A DNA stretch of 64,000 nucleotides, taken from the NCBI RefSeq assembly GCF_001194135.2, contig NC_068989.1, forward strand, positions 95,802,746 to 95,866,745, in the 5' to 3' direction. Numbering within the stretch: position 1 is the first letter of the stretch; every line of letters starts with the position of its first letter. This DNA comes from Octopus bimaculoides. Lineage: Eukaryota. The translations under genes and the position numbers were made by a program. The notes under the pieces were generated by a model, which saw only the letters and a program-made list of their open reading frames with translations, did no database searches and had not been told where the DNA came from. Below are positions 49,122 through 62,252 of the stretch, one piece after another.

Positions 49122-50820
49122 TTAGATTGACAGCAAAGTTGGTGTGTCTGGAGAAATGATTGTTAACTTTTTTCCCCCTTCTGAGTTCAAATTCTGCTCA
49201 ACTCTGTTCAGTTTCCTGTTCCTCTGAGTCAATGAAATGAATACCGACCATCCAAGTACCAGGTTACTCTAATTTGCTCATCTGTTTGATCGAGACCTTT
49301 AAAGGAAGCAGGAGTGTTCTACTGGATGCTGCTTCCTATCATTAACCCTTGTTTCGAAAGTGCCAAGCATCTGATTGTAATGTCAACAAAAGATTTAAAC
49401 ATCATATCACCATTTCATTCAGCCAAATTCCTAGATGTGAATGTCATTATAAGACTAAGATTTCTTAAAGATGCAAACAGGGTGGAAGGAAATTCAAATT
49501 TCATAGCTATTAATTTGATAGATGTCCCATAATGTTGAGGAGGTGTTGTTATCTATCTGAAGAATTAGACAACTATATTTTAAACACTTCACTAGGCTAA
49601 TCAATTGTTTGGTAACACATAATGGTGAGCTCACCTGTCCTGTCTTAAGCCTCCAATTCTGATAGGCAATTAAACAGATGATATAATAGAATCTAGACTT
49701 TATTAGATTCTTTCAATAGCAATTTCATAGAAAATAAATCTTACTTTGACTTTAAAATAGCGTGCTTTGTCTTGGAAATTGTATTTTTGTCTGTAACCCA
49801 TTATATAAAGAAACAATAAATAAATAATAATTAGACATAAAGCAGAAGTTAAGCTGCCAGCAATACAAGTTTGCATTGTTGTTGGTTTCACTTCCTGGTT
49901 AAAGTTATTTCACTTCACTTATGTTATTAATGCTGCCTCATGGAGCCCTTTAAAAATGTGCAACCATTTGTCTCTATGAGAAAAACCTCTCTATGGTTGT
50001 ACAGCTTGCAAGAAATAAAAGCTAAATTTCCTCAAATCCTATTAAAAGGTATTCTTATTAAAAAGGAAGGATGCATATGACAATGCATTCTTAGACATAT
50101 ATAAACATAAGATGGTTACCACTTGAATACCTTTGATCTCAGGCCTTCCCTATCATGGTTTGGGTATATGATTGTCTCAGATTATTTGAGTGTTGTCAGC
50201 TTCTGTATGTGATGATGTCATGGATCAACTGGTTGGAACCATTTCAACTCTATCCCTGTTGAATACCAGCATAATTACAAGTAAGTTCATCAGGTCTCCC
50301 CTCGTGCTAAATCGTCATTAGGAGCCATTACAAATACTTGGATGGTGTGACTCAGTGGTTACGATGTTGCATTCGTGGTTGCTAAGGGCACGGGGCTCAT
50401 TTCTCAGACCAGGCAGCACGCATTCTTCAGCAAAGCTCTTCATTTCTTGTTGCTTCAGTACGCCCAGCTGAAAATATGTTTCGGTAGCTTCTGGGGATTA
50501 ACCTTGCAGCTGCCTGGCTTCCCATTCAGGGACAGGGCTTGGAGTTTCATTCTGAAAAAACACATCACTCGGTTCATTAGATGACATCCTCCTCCATGCA
50601 GAAACCTCACATCAACTGCAGATCATGATGATATCTGCACACCCAGAGGCTAGCAGTAGATGTCAGTGAAGTACATGTGGTCTGAAAATGTAGCACAAGG
50701 CTGTATGTGTTGAGAAGCTGTGAAATTGAGATGAGTGGGTCTAGTAATGGACAGACAGTAAATGTATGCCGAAATCTCCTGCAAAGTAAGAACAGAATGA
50801 AATGCATTAATATTACTTCA

Positions 50821-51048
50821 CCCTTTAACATTTAAGCCAGCCATATCCAGCCCAAATAGTCTACCTGTTTTATGTTCAAATTGACCAGATCCAGCTTCTC
50901 ACACATAACCTACAATGTTATTGTAAAGATACACAATTGTCTCTTTGAAATCTTGAAACTATGAGATAATGCAATATTTATTCAAAACAACGTTACTGAA
51001 TAAGCATTGCATTTGACAGAATAATCTATAATCTAAAATGCTAACGGA
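50821..51048. mobile_element. piggyBac-type MITE, second copy in the opposite orientation
   Basis: ttca|ccctttaacattt...aatgctaacgga|ttaa; the interior matches the reverse complement of 7469-7689. Confidence 0.75.
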
Positions 51049-51061
51049 TTAAAGCTTTAGC

Positions 51062-51410
51062 TTTCAGATGGGTTCCAGGCACAGCTGGACAAGACCCTAT
51101 ATGCCAGTCTCTTCAATCGTACCCCCTTACATCCACTCTTATATGCAAGACAGGGATTATAATGAAGAAGGGAAAACAGGGAATAACTCTGACTCTGAAG
51201 CTTATGGAAAGATCCATGCCTGGAATAGTGTTGTGGATCCATATCGGAAATGAGCTTATTTAAGCAAAGTGGAAAACCGAAAGCACATGGTCTGCTCAGC
51301 CGAACATGTAACAAGGTTTACGGACAAGTAATGAACTTGAGCAGTTGTTGAGTGATATCCAAGAAATCAGATCAGACATTCATGATGACTGGAAGACAGT
51401 ATAGTTAAAT
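51062..51410 (+). mobile_element. RTE-clade LINE RT C-terminal remnant
   Basis: ...LMERSMPGI.LWIHIGNELI*...CSAEHVTRFTDK resembles the RTE consensus MERxMLGI.LRDRIRNEEIR...WAGHVAR. Confidence 0.65.
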
Positions 51411-53994
51411 ATTTCAGGTTCAAATGGAGAAGAATGGAAGCATATTGTAACCAGCACTGTATAGGGACATCTGATGATCTAATCAAGAAAGAAATCCTGA
51501 AGATTAACAGAGCACTAATATACCAGAATCAATTCAACAATATTTCATAATAGACACAGGTAAATAATAATGTGGTCAAAAAGTTTGCTTCACAACTTTT
51601 AGGTCAGTCCCATGACAATTCTTTGATCAATTATGTTTGATGGAAACTGCAGAAGTTTGTCCTATATATTCTTTCATTATTTTAGCTTTTTGATGCTATC
51701 ATGGGGAAACAAATAAAAATTATCGAGGCATTGTTTGTGTAGTCAAATACCCTTCCTATTGTTAACCCTTACCTATTTTCAAGTAAAGGGGTTTTCATTT
51801 TTGAAAGGTGCAGAAATAGAAGAGTTTCTTGATAGAGAAATCGAAACCTTACTGTCCACAGCTCGGTCCTTTTTTTCATACCAAGTACAGTGCATAAGCA
51901 TTCACACATACATAATCAAACACAAATGATGGGCTTTATACAGTTTCTGTTTACCGAATTCAGTACCAAGATATTGGTCAGGCAGCATCTATAGTGGAAG
52001 ATACTTGCCCAAGAAGCCTCCCATTGGAACAACTTAATCCGAAACCTGTTGTTGAGAAGCAAACTTTTAAGCTATGCACCTCTGCCAATGACTATATGCC
52101 ACACAACCTTACCTGCATGCGTGCACACACGTGTGTGTGTGTCTTCTGACCATTTGGCAAATGCTGTTCTCATAACTTAGCAGTTTGGTTATAAACAACT
52201 GGTAGAATAAGTAAGACTAAGTGCAGGGACCAATTTAGAATATATAAAACCTCCAGCATGGTCGCAATCCATTGACTAAACCCATTAAAAAATAATGCAC
52301 TCCTTTTGCACATCTAAACTGCATGTTTTGTAGAAAAAGAAGAAAATGTCTAATTGTAACAGAATTCCATTTGCCGAAGGCTTACTAAAATATTCCTTTT
52401 CTTTAAAATTCTTCAGATTTTTCAATATATGTAATTTACGAGAAAGGGGGAAACTAATGTGATATATATCGGCTGATATCTGGCAGGTGATGAATGATCA
52501 GTGTCTGTTGGCTTTAATTTACGATTTTCATTTGTAAACCAATATGTACAAAGGAATTAGAATTTGTTTTATATTACCCACTAGATTACACTAGAAAACC
52601 TCATTTTCCTTGTCTTGTTATCATCATCATTTAATGTCGTTTTCTTCATTTTCCTTGTCTTGTTATCATCATTTAATGTCCGTTTTCCATTTTGAATTGT
52701 TTTTAGAATAAGTTTATGAAGTGACATTGATATGGCTTATGTTTTCTCTCCCATTCTCTGTCGGTATTTCTCTTTGTCTGACTCATTTTATTGGACAGCT
52801 TTGCAGGTTAGAACATTAGCTTAAATGGTTCAGTCTTTTTATAGGCAGAGTCCTTTCCTAACACTTTTGCCCTACGTATATATAAATCATTAACAAATGA
52901 ATAAATAAGTAAAAGATTTACATCAACACAATGGAATCAAATAGTATTTAGAATCAAGACATTATCTTGGGTAAGTAAGAAGTTTAACAATAAAATTAAT
53001 TCTTGGATTTTCTTCTCTTTAAATAAAAATACAATCTGGAAACTAATTTTTTAAAACAGCAATTTGAAATAAAAAATTTTTTTTTCTTTAATGTTTATTA
53101 GTTTTTTTGTTGTCTTTTTTTCCTTTTTTGACGCAGGATTAGCAAACTGTTGAAGGTGTGTTTTGCATTTGAAAATTTCTTTAACACACTTCTAACAAGG
53201 ATAAAATTGTAGTGACAATATAATGCTGAATTTCCTAATAGATGAGAAAAATATGAAAATGGTAGCTACAGGGGTTGGTCATGTCAGTGCTGGTCAATGT
53301 CCTGGATGTTGTTGTTTCTTTAATTATCAACATCTTCACTTGTCTGAAATATTCTCTTCTCTTTTGATGGTGGGTTCCTTTCATTCTCCCCACATCTTCC
53401 AGTTCATTACATTTGTATCATTATTATCAATGTCTTTAATGTGACTCTGAAATATAACAGCTAGAATTAGTTTACATTTGTATGTGTAAGGGTCAAATTT
53501 AGACTCCAAGAAACTGAAGATCTGCCCTTCAACAATTGTAATACCTAGTGGTTTGGCAAAAGAGACAGGTAGAAGTCTCAAGTTTAAAAAAAACAACATG
53601 GTTTCAATTCATTCAGCTAAAATTCTTCGAGGTCGTGCCCCAGCATGGCCACAGATGACTGAAACAAAGTAAAATAGATGCAGGCATGGCTGGGTGGTTG
53701 TAAAACTTGCTTTACAACTGTTGGTTTCAGTCCTGTGTGACACATTGTCAAGTGTCTTTTATTATAGCCCTGTGTCAACCAATGTCTTATGAGTGAATTT
53801 GGTTGATGGGAAATGTGGAAGCCCATCATGTGTGTGAGGTCACACTGCTCGATAACTGGTGTTGGTTAGTTTGTGTCCCTGTCACTTAGCAGTTCAGGAA
53901 AAGAAACCAATAGAAGTACTGGCATTGATTTGACTAAACCTTTGCATGTGGTGTCTCACAATGGCCAGTCCAATGACTATATGCGTAAAAGGCA

Positions 53995-54215
53995 AAATGT
54001 AAGAGTAAGAGTGTAGAGAGTAGGAGAGTAAGAGTGAGAGAGGGGGGAGTACGTGAGAGAGAGGAGAGAAAGAGTAGGGGTGAAGAGAAGTATGAAGAGA
54101 GGTGAAGAGACATACAAAGAAGTAGGAGTCGGAGCAGGAGGTGGGGGAGGGGAGAGATGGGTGGGGGAGAGAGACAGGAGGAGGGGGTTAGATGAAGAGT
54201 GGAGGGGAGTTGAGC
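53995..54215 (+). repeat. GA-rich purine tract containing a G-quadruplex motif
   Basis: G5-A-G4-AGAGAT-G3-T-G5 at 54143-54167. Confidence 0.8.
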
Positions 54216-56240
54216 CCATGTGGCGCGAAGATAGAAGATTAATCCCTGTTCACGGCGCAAACGGGAGTCCGGATGGCCCCTGTGCATGGACAATCCATAT
54301 ATAAAAATCTCAGAAAATATTCACAACAAAATAACAAAGGTCATATTAGAAATGCAATTGACCCTGTGTAGCTTGTTGCCAAGAAATGCTGAAGTCTTGC
54401 ATTATTTGCCTTATTGCAAACCTCACAGATGATAATTTTCAGTTTGTTAATTGTGTCTTTTTTTTTTTTTTTCCAGTTGTATATAGTGTGGATTTCTTAT
54501 AAGTTATTTTTCTGTGACTATTTCCCTATATTACAACACCAACAGTCCAGAGCCAGAGTAATTGATTGAGTGATATGGTTGGCAAAGGAATACATGGTGG
54601 TATGTAGTGAAAGCTGTAGAAGTGCCCACCTAATAATTTGGCCATCTGTTCCCATTACCTTGGAGTAGTTTTCATCCAAGTTTCATGAGTTGGTACTTTA
54701 TAACATCATCATCATCATCATCATTTAACGTCCGCTTTCCATGCTAGCAAGGTAGTAAAAAATTTGTATTATTAGCTGTGAAAAAAATATGCTTCATACA
54801 ACTAAATCATCACACACAGACACACACACACACAAGTGTTGCCACCTCAGCTATTCATCACATGCTTACTGTTTTACTGACTACTATGACTCTTTATACT
54901 CCTAGCTACACATCAATTCATCTTCTGTGATCCCCTCTCTACCTTCTTTTCTCTTGGTCTTGTGGCTCTGCTTGAACTGAAACCTCGTAACGGTATAATG
55001 AGGTCTCCTTTATCTTGCAGGGTTCACGACAACCTTACTCGTGCTGGTGCCACAATAAGATGCATCCTGTAAAGTGGTTAAATAAGTAGACAATACAGGG
55101 TTGAAAGGATCCTTTAGTCTTATCAAAGATATGGCAACTTCTATAATGCTGCTCCATGGTAAAATGCACACAGTGAACCCTATCAATTGGTTGATGTTAG
55201 GAAGGACATCAAACTGTAGAAATCCTGCTAAAATCTCAAGTCAAAGATGGTTCCCTACCATGTAGGAGGGCATTAACTGCGTGTCAGAGTGAACTTCTAC
55301 CATGATGATGCATCCAACCCATACAGGCATGGGAAGCAGATGTGTAACATTAATGGTGATGATGATGATATAAATTGTTCAGCTGTAAAATGGGAAGTTC
55401 TACCAATGGCTGGAGGTGAACTGTTCACCTCTGAACTCGAAGTGCAATTTTCTTTTGATTTGTTGCTTTGAATTCCTAAATAAAATAATCATTTGCTTTG
55501 ACTAGACATGAGGTCAACAACTCTATAAAGTTGATACATAATTAATTGAATCAATTTTAGTAAATCAAAGATCAATATTGATTGCATTTGTTTCTTATGA
55601 CTCAGAATGGTTTCATAGTTCTTCACATTCAGCATCTTTGCATGTGTTGTCAGGATTGTTCCCATTTCTAAGAATTCAAACTTAAGAGATGGGTACCAGC
55701 TCTGTTCATTACTTCCATCAAGTGGGGAAGAAGACATAATGAAAACGACACACTAACTGCAAGATGTATTGAGAGAGAAATAGTAATGGGATGGCTGCGA
55801 AAGAAGTCTTCTCTCCTTGGAGAACATTTTTATAAAGGCAACACTTTTATGCCTTCCATAAAAGCTGCACTGGGGCCCAACAGGATGGGGTTGTCCTAGA
55901 TGGCACAAATTCTGGCTGTGTCACTATGATGTAAAATCTTATAGCAACTATATGTTACTGCTGAAAGAGTCGGTAAGTGATGGCTGTTCATATCTAAAGC
56001 TGAAAGAATCCATCTAAAAATAAACAATTGTGTTTTTAGCTGTGACGCTTCATCTTTTGGAGAACAAAAAGGTCCTAAGATTTATGACTAAATTATGTGG
56101 TCTTCTTTAAAAGAAAAAAAAAAAAACACTGAGTTTGCTGAAGGTAGATTTACTACTTTAATCTACACAATCTCTGCTTGTTGATCAAGAAACTCATAAG
56201 AACTCCCTGATTAGAAACTCATAAGGAACTCCCTGATTAG

Positions 56241-56466
56241 AGGCAGAATCGTTAGCACGCCGGACGAAATGCTTAGCGGTATTTCGTCTGCCGTTACATT
56301 CTGAGTTCAAATACCGCCAATGTCGACTTTGCCTTTCATCCTTTCGGGGTCAATAAATTAAGTACAAGTTACGCACTGGGGTCAATGCAATCGACTTAAT
56401 CCCTTTGTCTGTCCTTGTTTGTCACCTCTATGTTTAGCCCCTTGTGGGCAATAAAGAAATAAGAAA
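56241..56466 (+). mobile_element. Young tRNA-derived SINE (family C), slightly 5'-truncated
   Basis: ggcagaatcgttagcacgccggacgaaatgc...ctgagttcaaat...ctttgcctttcatcctttcggggtcaataaattaagtac...gcaataaagaaataagaaa. About 12 CpGs are intact in 160 bp. Older copies lie at about 6440, 24940, 45230(-), 49160 and 60240(-). Confidence 0.85.
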
Positions 56467-58818
56467 CACCCTTATTAGCTGTTATTATAATTTAACATCC
56501 ATTTTTCCATGCTTGCATGGGCTCCTGTTGCCAACCCTCACCTGTTTCCAAACAAGGGAATCTCCTCTCATACTGAGGCACGTTTTTCTTGCAAGACTGG
56601 AAATAAACAACATTGCCACAATGTTGATGATGCTTGCCAACAACAATCATGTGATGCCTAGACAAGGGTACTTAAATACACACATGCATATAATTGCCGT
56701 GTATATAAATATAAATGTGTCTTTACACACACACACACTTCTTTGAGTTTTTGTCTATCAAATTCCGTCACAAAGCATTGCATTAGTTGGCCCAGGGCTT
56801 TACCAGAAGACACTTGCCCAAGGTGTCAAGTCATGGGACTGAACCCCACACTACAAGGCTGGTTAAAGCAAGCTTCTTAACCACAGAGCCATACCTGTTA
56901 AATTTAATTATTTCAACATGGTGAATTAAAAGTGAAAAAGAAAGGAAAGGTATTTTATTCATAGTAAAGTAGTAATTTTTTTTTCTTTTTTGTTGGAGAT
57001 ACCATATTAAATGGTGAAAGAAAAGGAGCTGTTGTAATTTTGAACAAACTGGTTGGCATTAAAATCTTGTCATTGGAGAACTATAATTGCAATTGTTCTT
57101 TTACTTCCAGCATCTGTTGCTTATGAAAATAATCTTAGATGCTGGAACTGTTGTGATAAGCACAGTAACAGCAGCAAGAAACCAGTCAAATTCTCCTGGC
57201 ACTTAAATACTAATGATCGTAAGTTTTTGTAGAACATGATTTTTAGAATTTTGTTTCTCAAGTAAATTAGAACATCAACAACAAAATGGAAATATTTTGA
57301 TTAGCAATCTCTGATTAATGTTAATTTATTCAAGTGTTTGATGTGTATTAAACTTGGGGAAAAAAAAAAATTCCAAGTTTTTCTTTTTTTTTTTCTTTTT
57401 CCTGTTAAGCTGGTAGTTTCCACCTGATAAGATTGCTAAATGAAGTTAATTTATCAAATGATAGCTAGGAGAATAGACAACAAAATATCAGCTTATGTCA
57501 AATGAAGCAATACTTTTTTTTTTTTCTAAGTCGACTAAGAAAATATTAGTTTTAGTTGAAAGGAGGGACATGCCCCTGGATAAGTATTGAATTATGCAAG
57601 GAGTTACACTGGCTACAGCTATAGATATTAATTTTGAAACATAACAATCAAGTGATTTCTTCCTATTCATTATAAAAAGAAAAACTAATTCTTTTCTTGT
57701 TTCAGTCATTGGACTGTGGCCTTGCTGGAGCACTGCCTTTACAGATTTTATCCTTCAAATCAACCCCTTATTTAGAGTCTGGTAGTCATCTATCAGTGTC
57801 TTTTTTGCCAGATTGCTAAGTTATGGGGACAAACTAATAGCAGTTGTCGAGCAGTAAGACACACACACACACAGATGTATGTACACCTGCATTTGTGCAT
57901 GTACATGCAGAAACATATGACAGAGCAGCCAGTTTTTACCACATTCACTCACAGCACACTGGTTGTCGTCAGTCTATGGGTGAAAATACTTGTTCAAGGT
58001 ACTGCTCACTAGGATTGAACCTGAACTAGAGTGGTTGCAAAGAGAACTTCTCAACCATACAGCCCATATATATGCTTAATGCATGAAATTTGGTGTATAA
58101 TTTAGTAAATTGTTTTATTCAGGCACAATTTCCTCATATTTTTCACCTTCAAGTGTGTGTGTGTATTCACAATGGATTTCCGTACAGTTTCTATCTCCCC
58201 AATTAGCTGGAATGGAAGAGTAGAGAATGTCAACTGTGGTTCGAATTAAGTTAAAATCACCTTGAAATGGAATGTAATAAATAAATAACCTGCAAAATTG
58301 AAAAAGTTTCATTGATGTGTTGTATTGTATGAGATAAACATAGTAAAGAGCATAAAATGGAAGCATTACTCTCAGATGTTTTTATTTCTTGTGAGGGAAA
58401 AATAAAGAATTTTAACTGTTTGATTGTCTTAGAGCATTTATATATATGCATAGTGAAACCAGTTCGGAAGTCCATTTGTGGCTGAATGAGCATTTTGGGT
58501 GAATTTCCAGATCGATGAGGCTGGATGGAAGATGATCAATCTTGATACTGTTAAAAAATTATGCACTCAAGAATAGTTGATTAAGAGACTTTAAGAGAAT
58601 AATGATCTTAATATTTGTGATTACACCGTTGTGTCGACGCCCCCTGGCGAAGAAGTAGGGTTTTTTGACACTTCTTGACCTGCCCACTCTGCCCACCATG
58701 TGTATTAAGTCATCACACGCATGCTGAACATATTCAACACCCTTTTTATGAACTGGATGTCCTACTCACTGAATTAATGTCCAAAGTGGCTGAGTGTTCC
58801 ATAGATACTTGTAACATT

Positions 58819-60190
58819 AATTTAAAAAAAAAAACCATCAACATCCTTGTTTAGAGTTCTTTAGAAAAGAAGTCATTACGTCTCAAACTGAATAAAGGTT
58901 TAACTTGCATTTAATCCTATTCACAAAGTCGTTTAACATAAAAAAAAGGTTGGATCAGCATGACACAGTGTGCACTTATAACCCAGTTTAATTTTATTCC
59001 TGTGTGTGTGTGTGTGTGTGTAAGTAAATCTTTTTATTGTTTGAATATGTCTACATGTTATCTCATGGTGATTAAACCTTGCGTAGACAATTTACTTTAA
59101 TGCCTACTGAACTTCTCTGCAAGTTCACACACATGCTATAAATCTCAAAGTACTCAATACTCTGAGCTACTTCTCATATTAGCTTACCTTAAACCACCTC
59201 TGTTCCAATGATAAAATTTCTAATTTTAAAGTTTCCATATTCAAATTGGAATCTTTTGTCATATTTTTATGTGCAAACCTTTTGCTAAGTTATAAACTAA
59301 ATAACTTTAATGATGAAGTTGTCTTACCTAATCCTTCCAAATCCTTGATTATATTCAAAAGCAATTGAAATATATAGACTGTGTATTTCATTGGAAATAT
59401 GCTAACGAAGGAGATAACTTCAGAAACAAAGTTTATGATTCTTTCCTCTGTATTTTTTTCTCCCTTCCTCTCAGTAATTGAAAGTTTAGAATGAAATTGA
59501 TATTTTCAATGGAAAACTTAAATGGTAAAATTCCATTGTGTATATGTAGAGATGTGGTGTGTAATATATATATATATATATATATTGATTTATACTGTTT
59601 TGTTGGCTATAAATAATCTTATATGTAAAGCAAACAACCAAACCTGCTTTAAATTCACCTTTTAAGAATTCTACCTGTTAACAAAACCAACACATTTGAG
59701 TAATGTAGTTTATTTGAAGTGTTGTGAAACGATAGAGTTAAAAGTGATTGGGGAAGCCTTCACAATGCACTCAGAAATAAAAGTGTGATAAGAATATTGA
59801 AAAAGTAAAAAAACACAGATTTCTTTTTTATTCTTATGGGTATTTTTGGGGTTTTTTGCTATAAAAAGCCTTAATCTGCACAGGCGAAAATGCTGTTCCA
59901 CTTTTCTCTGTTCGTCATTAAGGTTTTCTTTATTGCCAGAATATTGAAATATATAAGGTAAAAGTATAAATGTTTGATTTTATTTTTTCCCTTCTTTATT
60001 TCATATTTGCATTGTTGTGCCTTTTCAATAACTTCTAACCAAGCCATTAATAATTTAAAATTAAAAAAAAAAAATCCATAAACATGCTTGTTTAGAGTTC
60101 TTTAGAAAAAATGTTATTGTTGCATCTCAAACTGAATAAAGGTTTAACTTGCTTTTAATCCTATTCACACAGTCGTTTAACATTAAAAAA
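58819..60190 (+). repeat. Roughly 130-bp direct repeat pair (58819-58947 and 60059-60190)
   Basis: cttgtttagagttctttagaaaa...tctcaaactgaataaaggtttaacttgc.tttaatcctattcaca.agtcgtttaacat occurs twice. Confidence 0.9.
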
Positions 60191-60593
60191 GAAATTCCAT
60201 TCTGGGATGTGTCGTTCGATATTCTTTCACTTGCTTAATCTTTGAACTGCAGCTAATCTTGTGCCCCAGCCTTCAAGGGGTGTACTCGATTGTATCAACC
60301 TCAGCAATTATTACAGTTCTCTCTATTTGTCAAATAGCTAAGTTACCTTTTTGATATAAAGCGATCCAGCTTGACCTACTAGATGAACTGGTCTACATAA
60401 ACATAGGCACAAATATATCCTCGTCATTTCTGTTTTACATCTACTTTCCATACTGGTATGGTTTAGATGAATCATCCTGGTCCACATCTGACCTTATTTG
60501 GAGTTACTGAATTACTTTCCACTAGACAATTTGAATAATCCTGTTTAAACTTTCTGGTGTGTGTATGAGAGAGAAAAGAGAGCTTTGTAGGTT

Positions 60594-60943
60594 GATGCAG
60601 GCATGGCTGAGTGGCTTAGAAGCTTGCATTATAATCCAGACATCTCGGGTTCGATCCTATTGTATATTGTATGACATGTTGAGAGAATGCCTTTCACCCT
60701 AGTCTTGGTTCAACATAGGACTTGAGAGAGAAATTAGGCAGAAACTCTGTGTAGATGTAAACATTTATAAATGTATTTATGTCTGTATATATCTCTATCT
60801 TCACACAGTTTCTGTCTACAAAATCTCACTGCCAAGGCTTTGGTCAGCCTGCAATGCTCCAGTAGAAGACAATTACCCAAGCTATTGCATAGCAAGATTG
60901 AACCTGGATCTACGGGCTTGTTAAACACACTGCTATGCCCATC
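60594..60943. mobile_element. Second inverted pair of family-D SINE fragments
   Basis: Forward head gatgcaggcatggctgagtggcttagaagc...ggcagaaact, an AT-rich spacer, then reverse agtttctgtctacaaaatctcac...cactgctatgccc. Confidence 0.7.
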
Positions 60944-61855
60944 CCTATATAGATTTTCAGTTTAGTGCCATTGTCTAAGATGTATCTCTGGTTGATGGAA
61001 CTAAACGTTAACCACAACAACGAATCATAGCTGGAAGGATTGTTGTTTGTTCTCCAAAAAAACATCAGTTATCTCCTCCTTATTTTATGGAGACATTTGA
61101 AGACTACTAAAACTCATTCAATAGTTTGTGAGCAAAACTGACTAATGTGATTCATGGTATGTCAAAAAATCAGCTAAAAAATGTATTTCTAGAACTTGAG
61201 AATCACATCAAAGTCTGTCATTTATTTTGTGACAGATTAATTTTGCCGTTCTTTGTACATTGTGCAATTTAATATTGCACAAGGACTTTGTAATGGTTCT
61301 TTGACTGTTTACATAAAATGGATCTTGGTCAAAATTTTTGAGCATGGGGTTTCAGTTGTTTGATCAACTGAACTACCAGCCTCATTGAATTAGCATGTAA
61401 GTGGCTGAGTATACCATAAACACTCTCTGATGAAATCAACACAATGTAACAAGATTGGTACACTCTACCTGACAGTTCCATCCAGTTCTGACCAGGAGTG
61501 AGTTAACCTGAGGGTATTGAAAATATCATTTGACCCTTTATGCCATGTTCTGGTATTGAACCCAGAATCTCATAATAGGAAAGCAAATCTCTTAACCATT
61601 CAGCTTTGGTTGCACACGTATGCACATGTGCGTTTGCTTGCTCACTCCTACTATGGCTGAATGGATGGCAAGATTTAAGAAGTCTTTTAGTTTGAGCCAC
61701 AAATTTCTGTGTATGTCTCTGTCTGTCAGTCCACACCAGGGAGTTGTTCCTTGAGTCCATTGCTGTTAGTTCACTTGGAAAATATCATTTTTTGCAGGTA
61801 GACTCCAACTGCAAGAATAACTAAAAATTTAGATGAAGGGAATGATATAATTACT

Positions 61856-62252
61856 CTTTACTTATTTCAACCCATCACTCCCTCTGGAGCATAAGCCATC
61901 AACAACTTTTCTCCACCATTCTCAAGTTTCTGCCATCTTGTAGTAGAGACCTGGCTGTGTAAAGCAACCGACTGAACAGAAGCCACTGCATCATGTTTCC
62001 CTGAAGAGAGGCCTTTCTCTCTCAGGTCTTGTTTGGTTTTGATTTGCCATCAATGCTTCTATAACTTTGCTTTTTCTAGGTAAGTGTATTGCCCCTAGGC
62101 AAAGCCATTGTTATCTCTGGGAAGAGGGGATCCATATTAGTCTGGCCTCTATCCTTTGACCTGTCCAGCATGGAGGTGGGTGCTACCAGGAGCTTGCACT
62201 CTGCCGTTGTGGCTCTCAGGGTCACTGAGACATAGAAGCCACCACATCACAA
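61856..62252 (-). mobile_element. Internally deleted non-autonomous RTE derivative (5'UTR joined to the 3' end)
   Basis: The minus strand starts cttgtgatgtggtggcttctatgtctcagtgaccctgagagc...ctcctggtag...catgctggacaggtcaaaggatagaggccagac, resembling RTE 5'UTRs. It ends ...EWWRKVVDGLCSRG...gaaataagtaa, resembling the RTE C-terminus and tail. Confidence 0.6.

Noticed and set aside
50340-50480. tRNA-like A-box sequences here and at 4545, 14178, 34231, 53678, 60594
   Set aside because: No cloverleaf, and they continue into SINE bodies, so they are SINE heads rather than tRNA genes.
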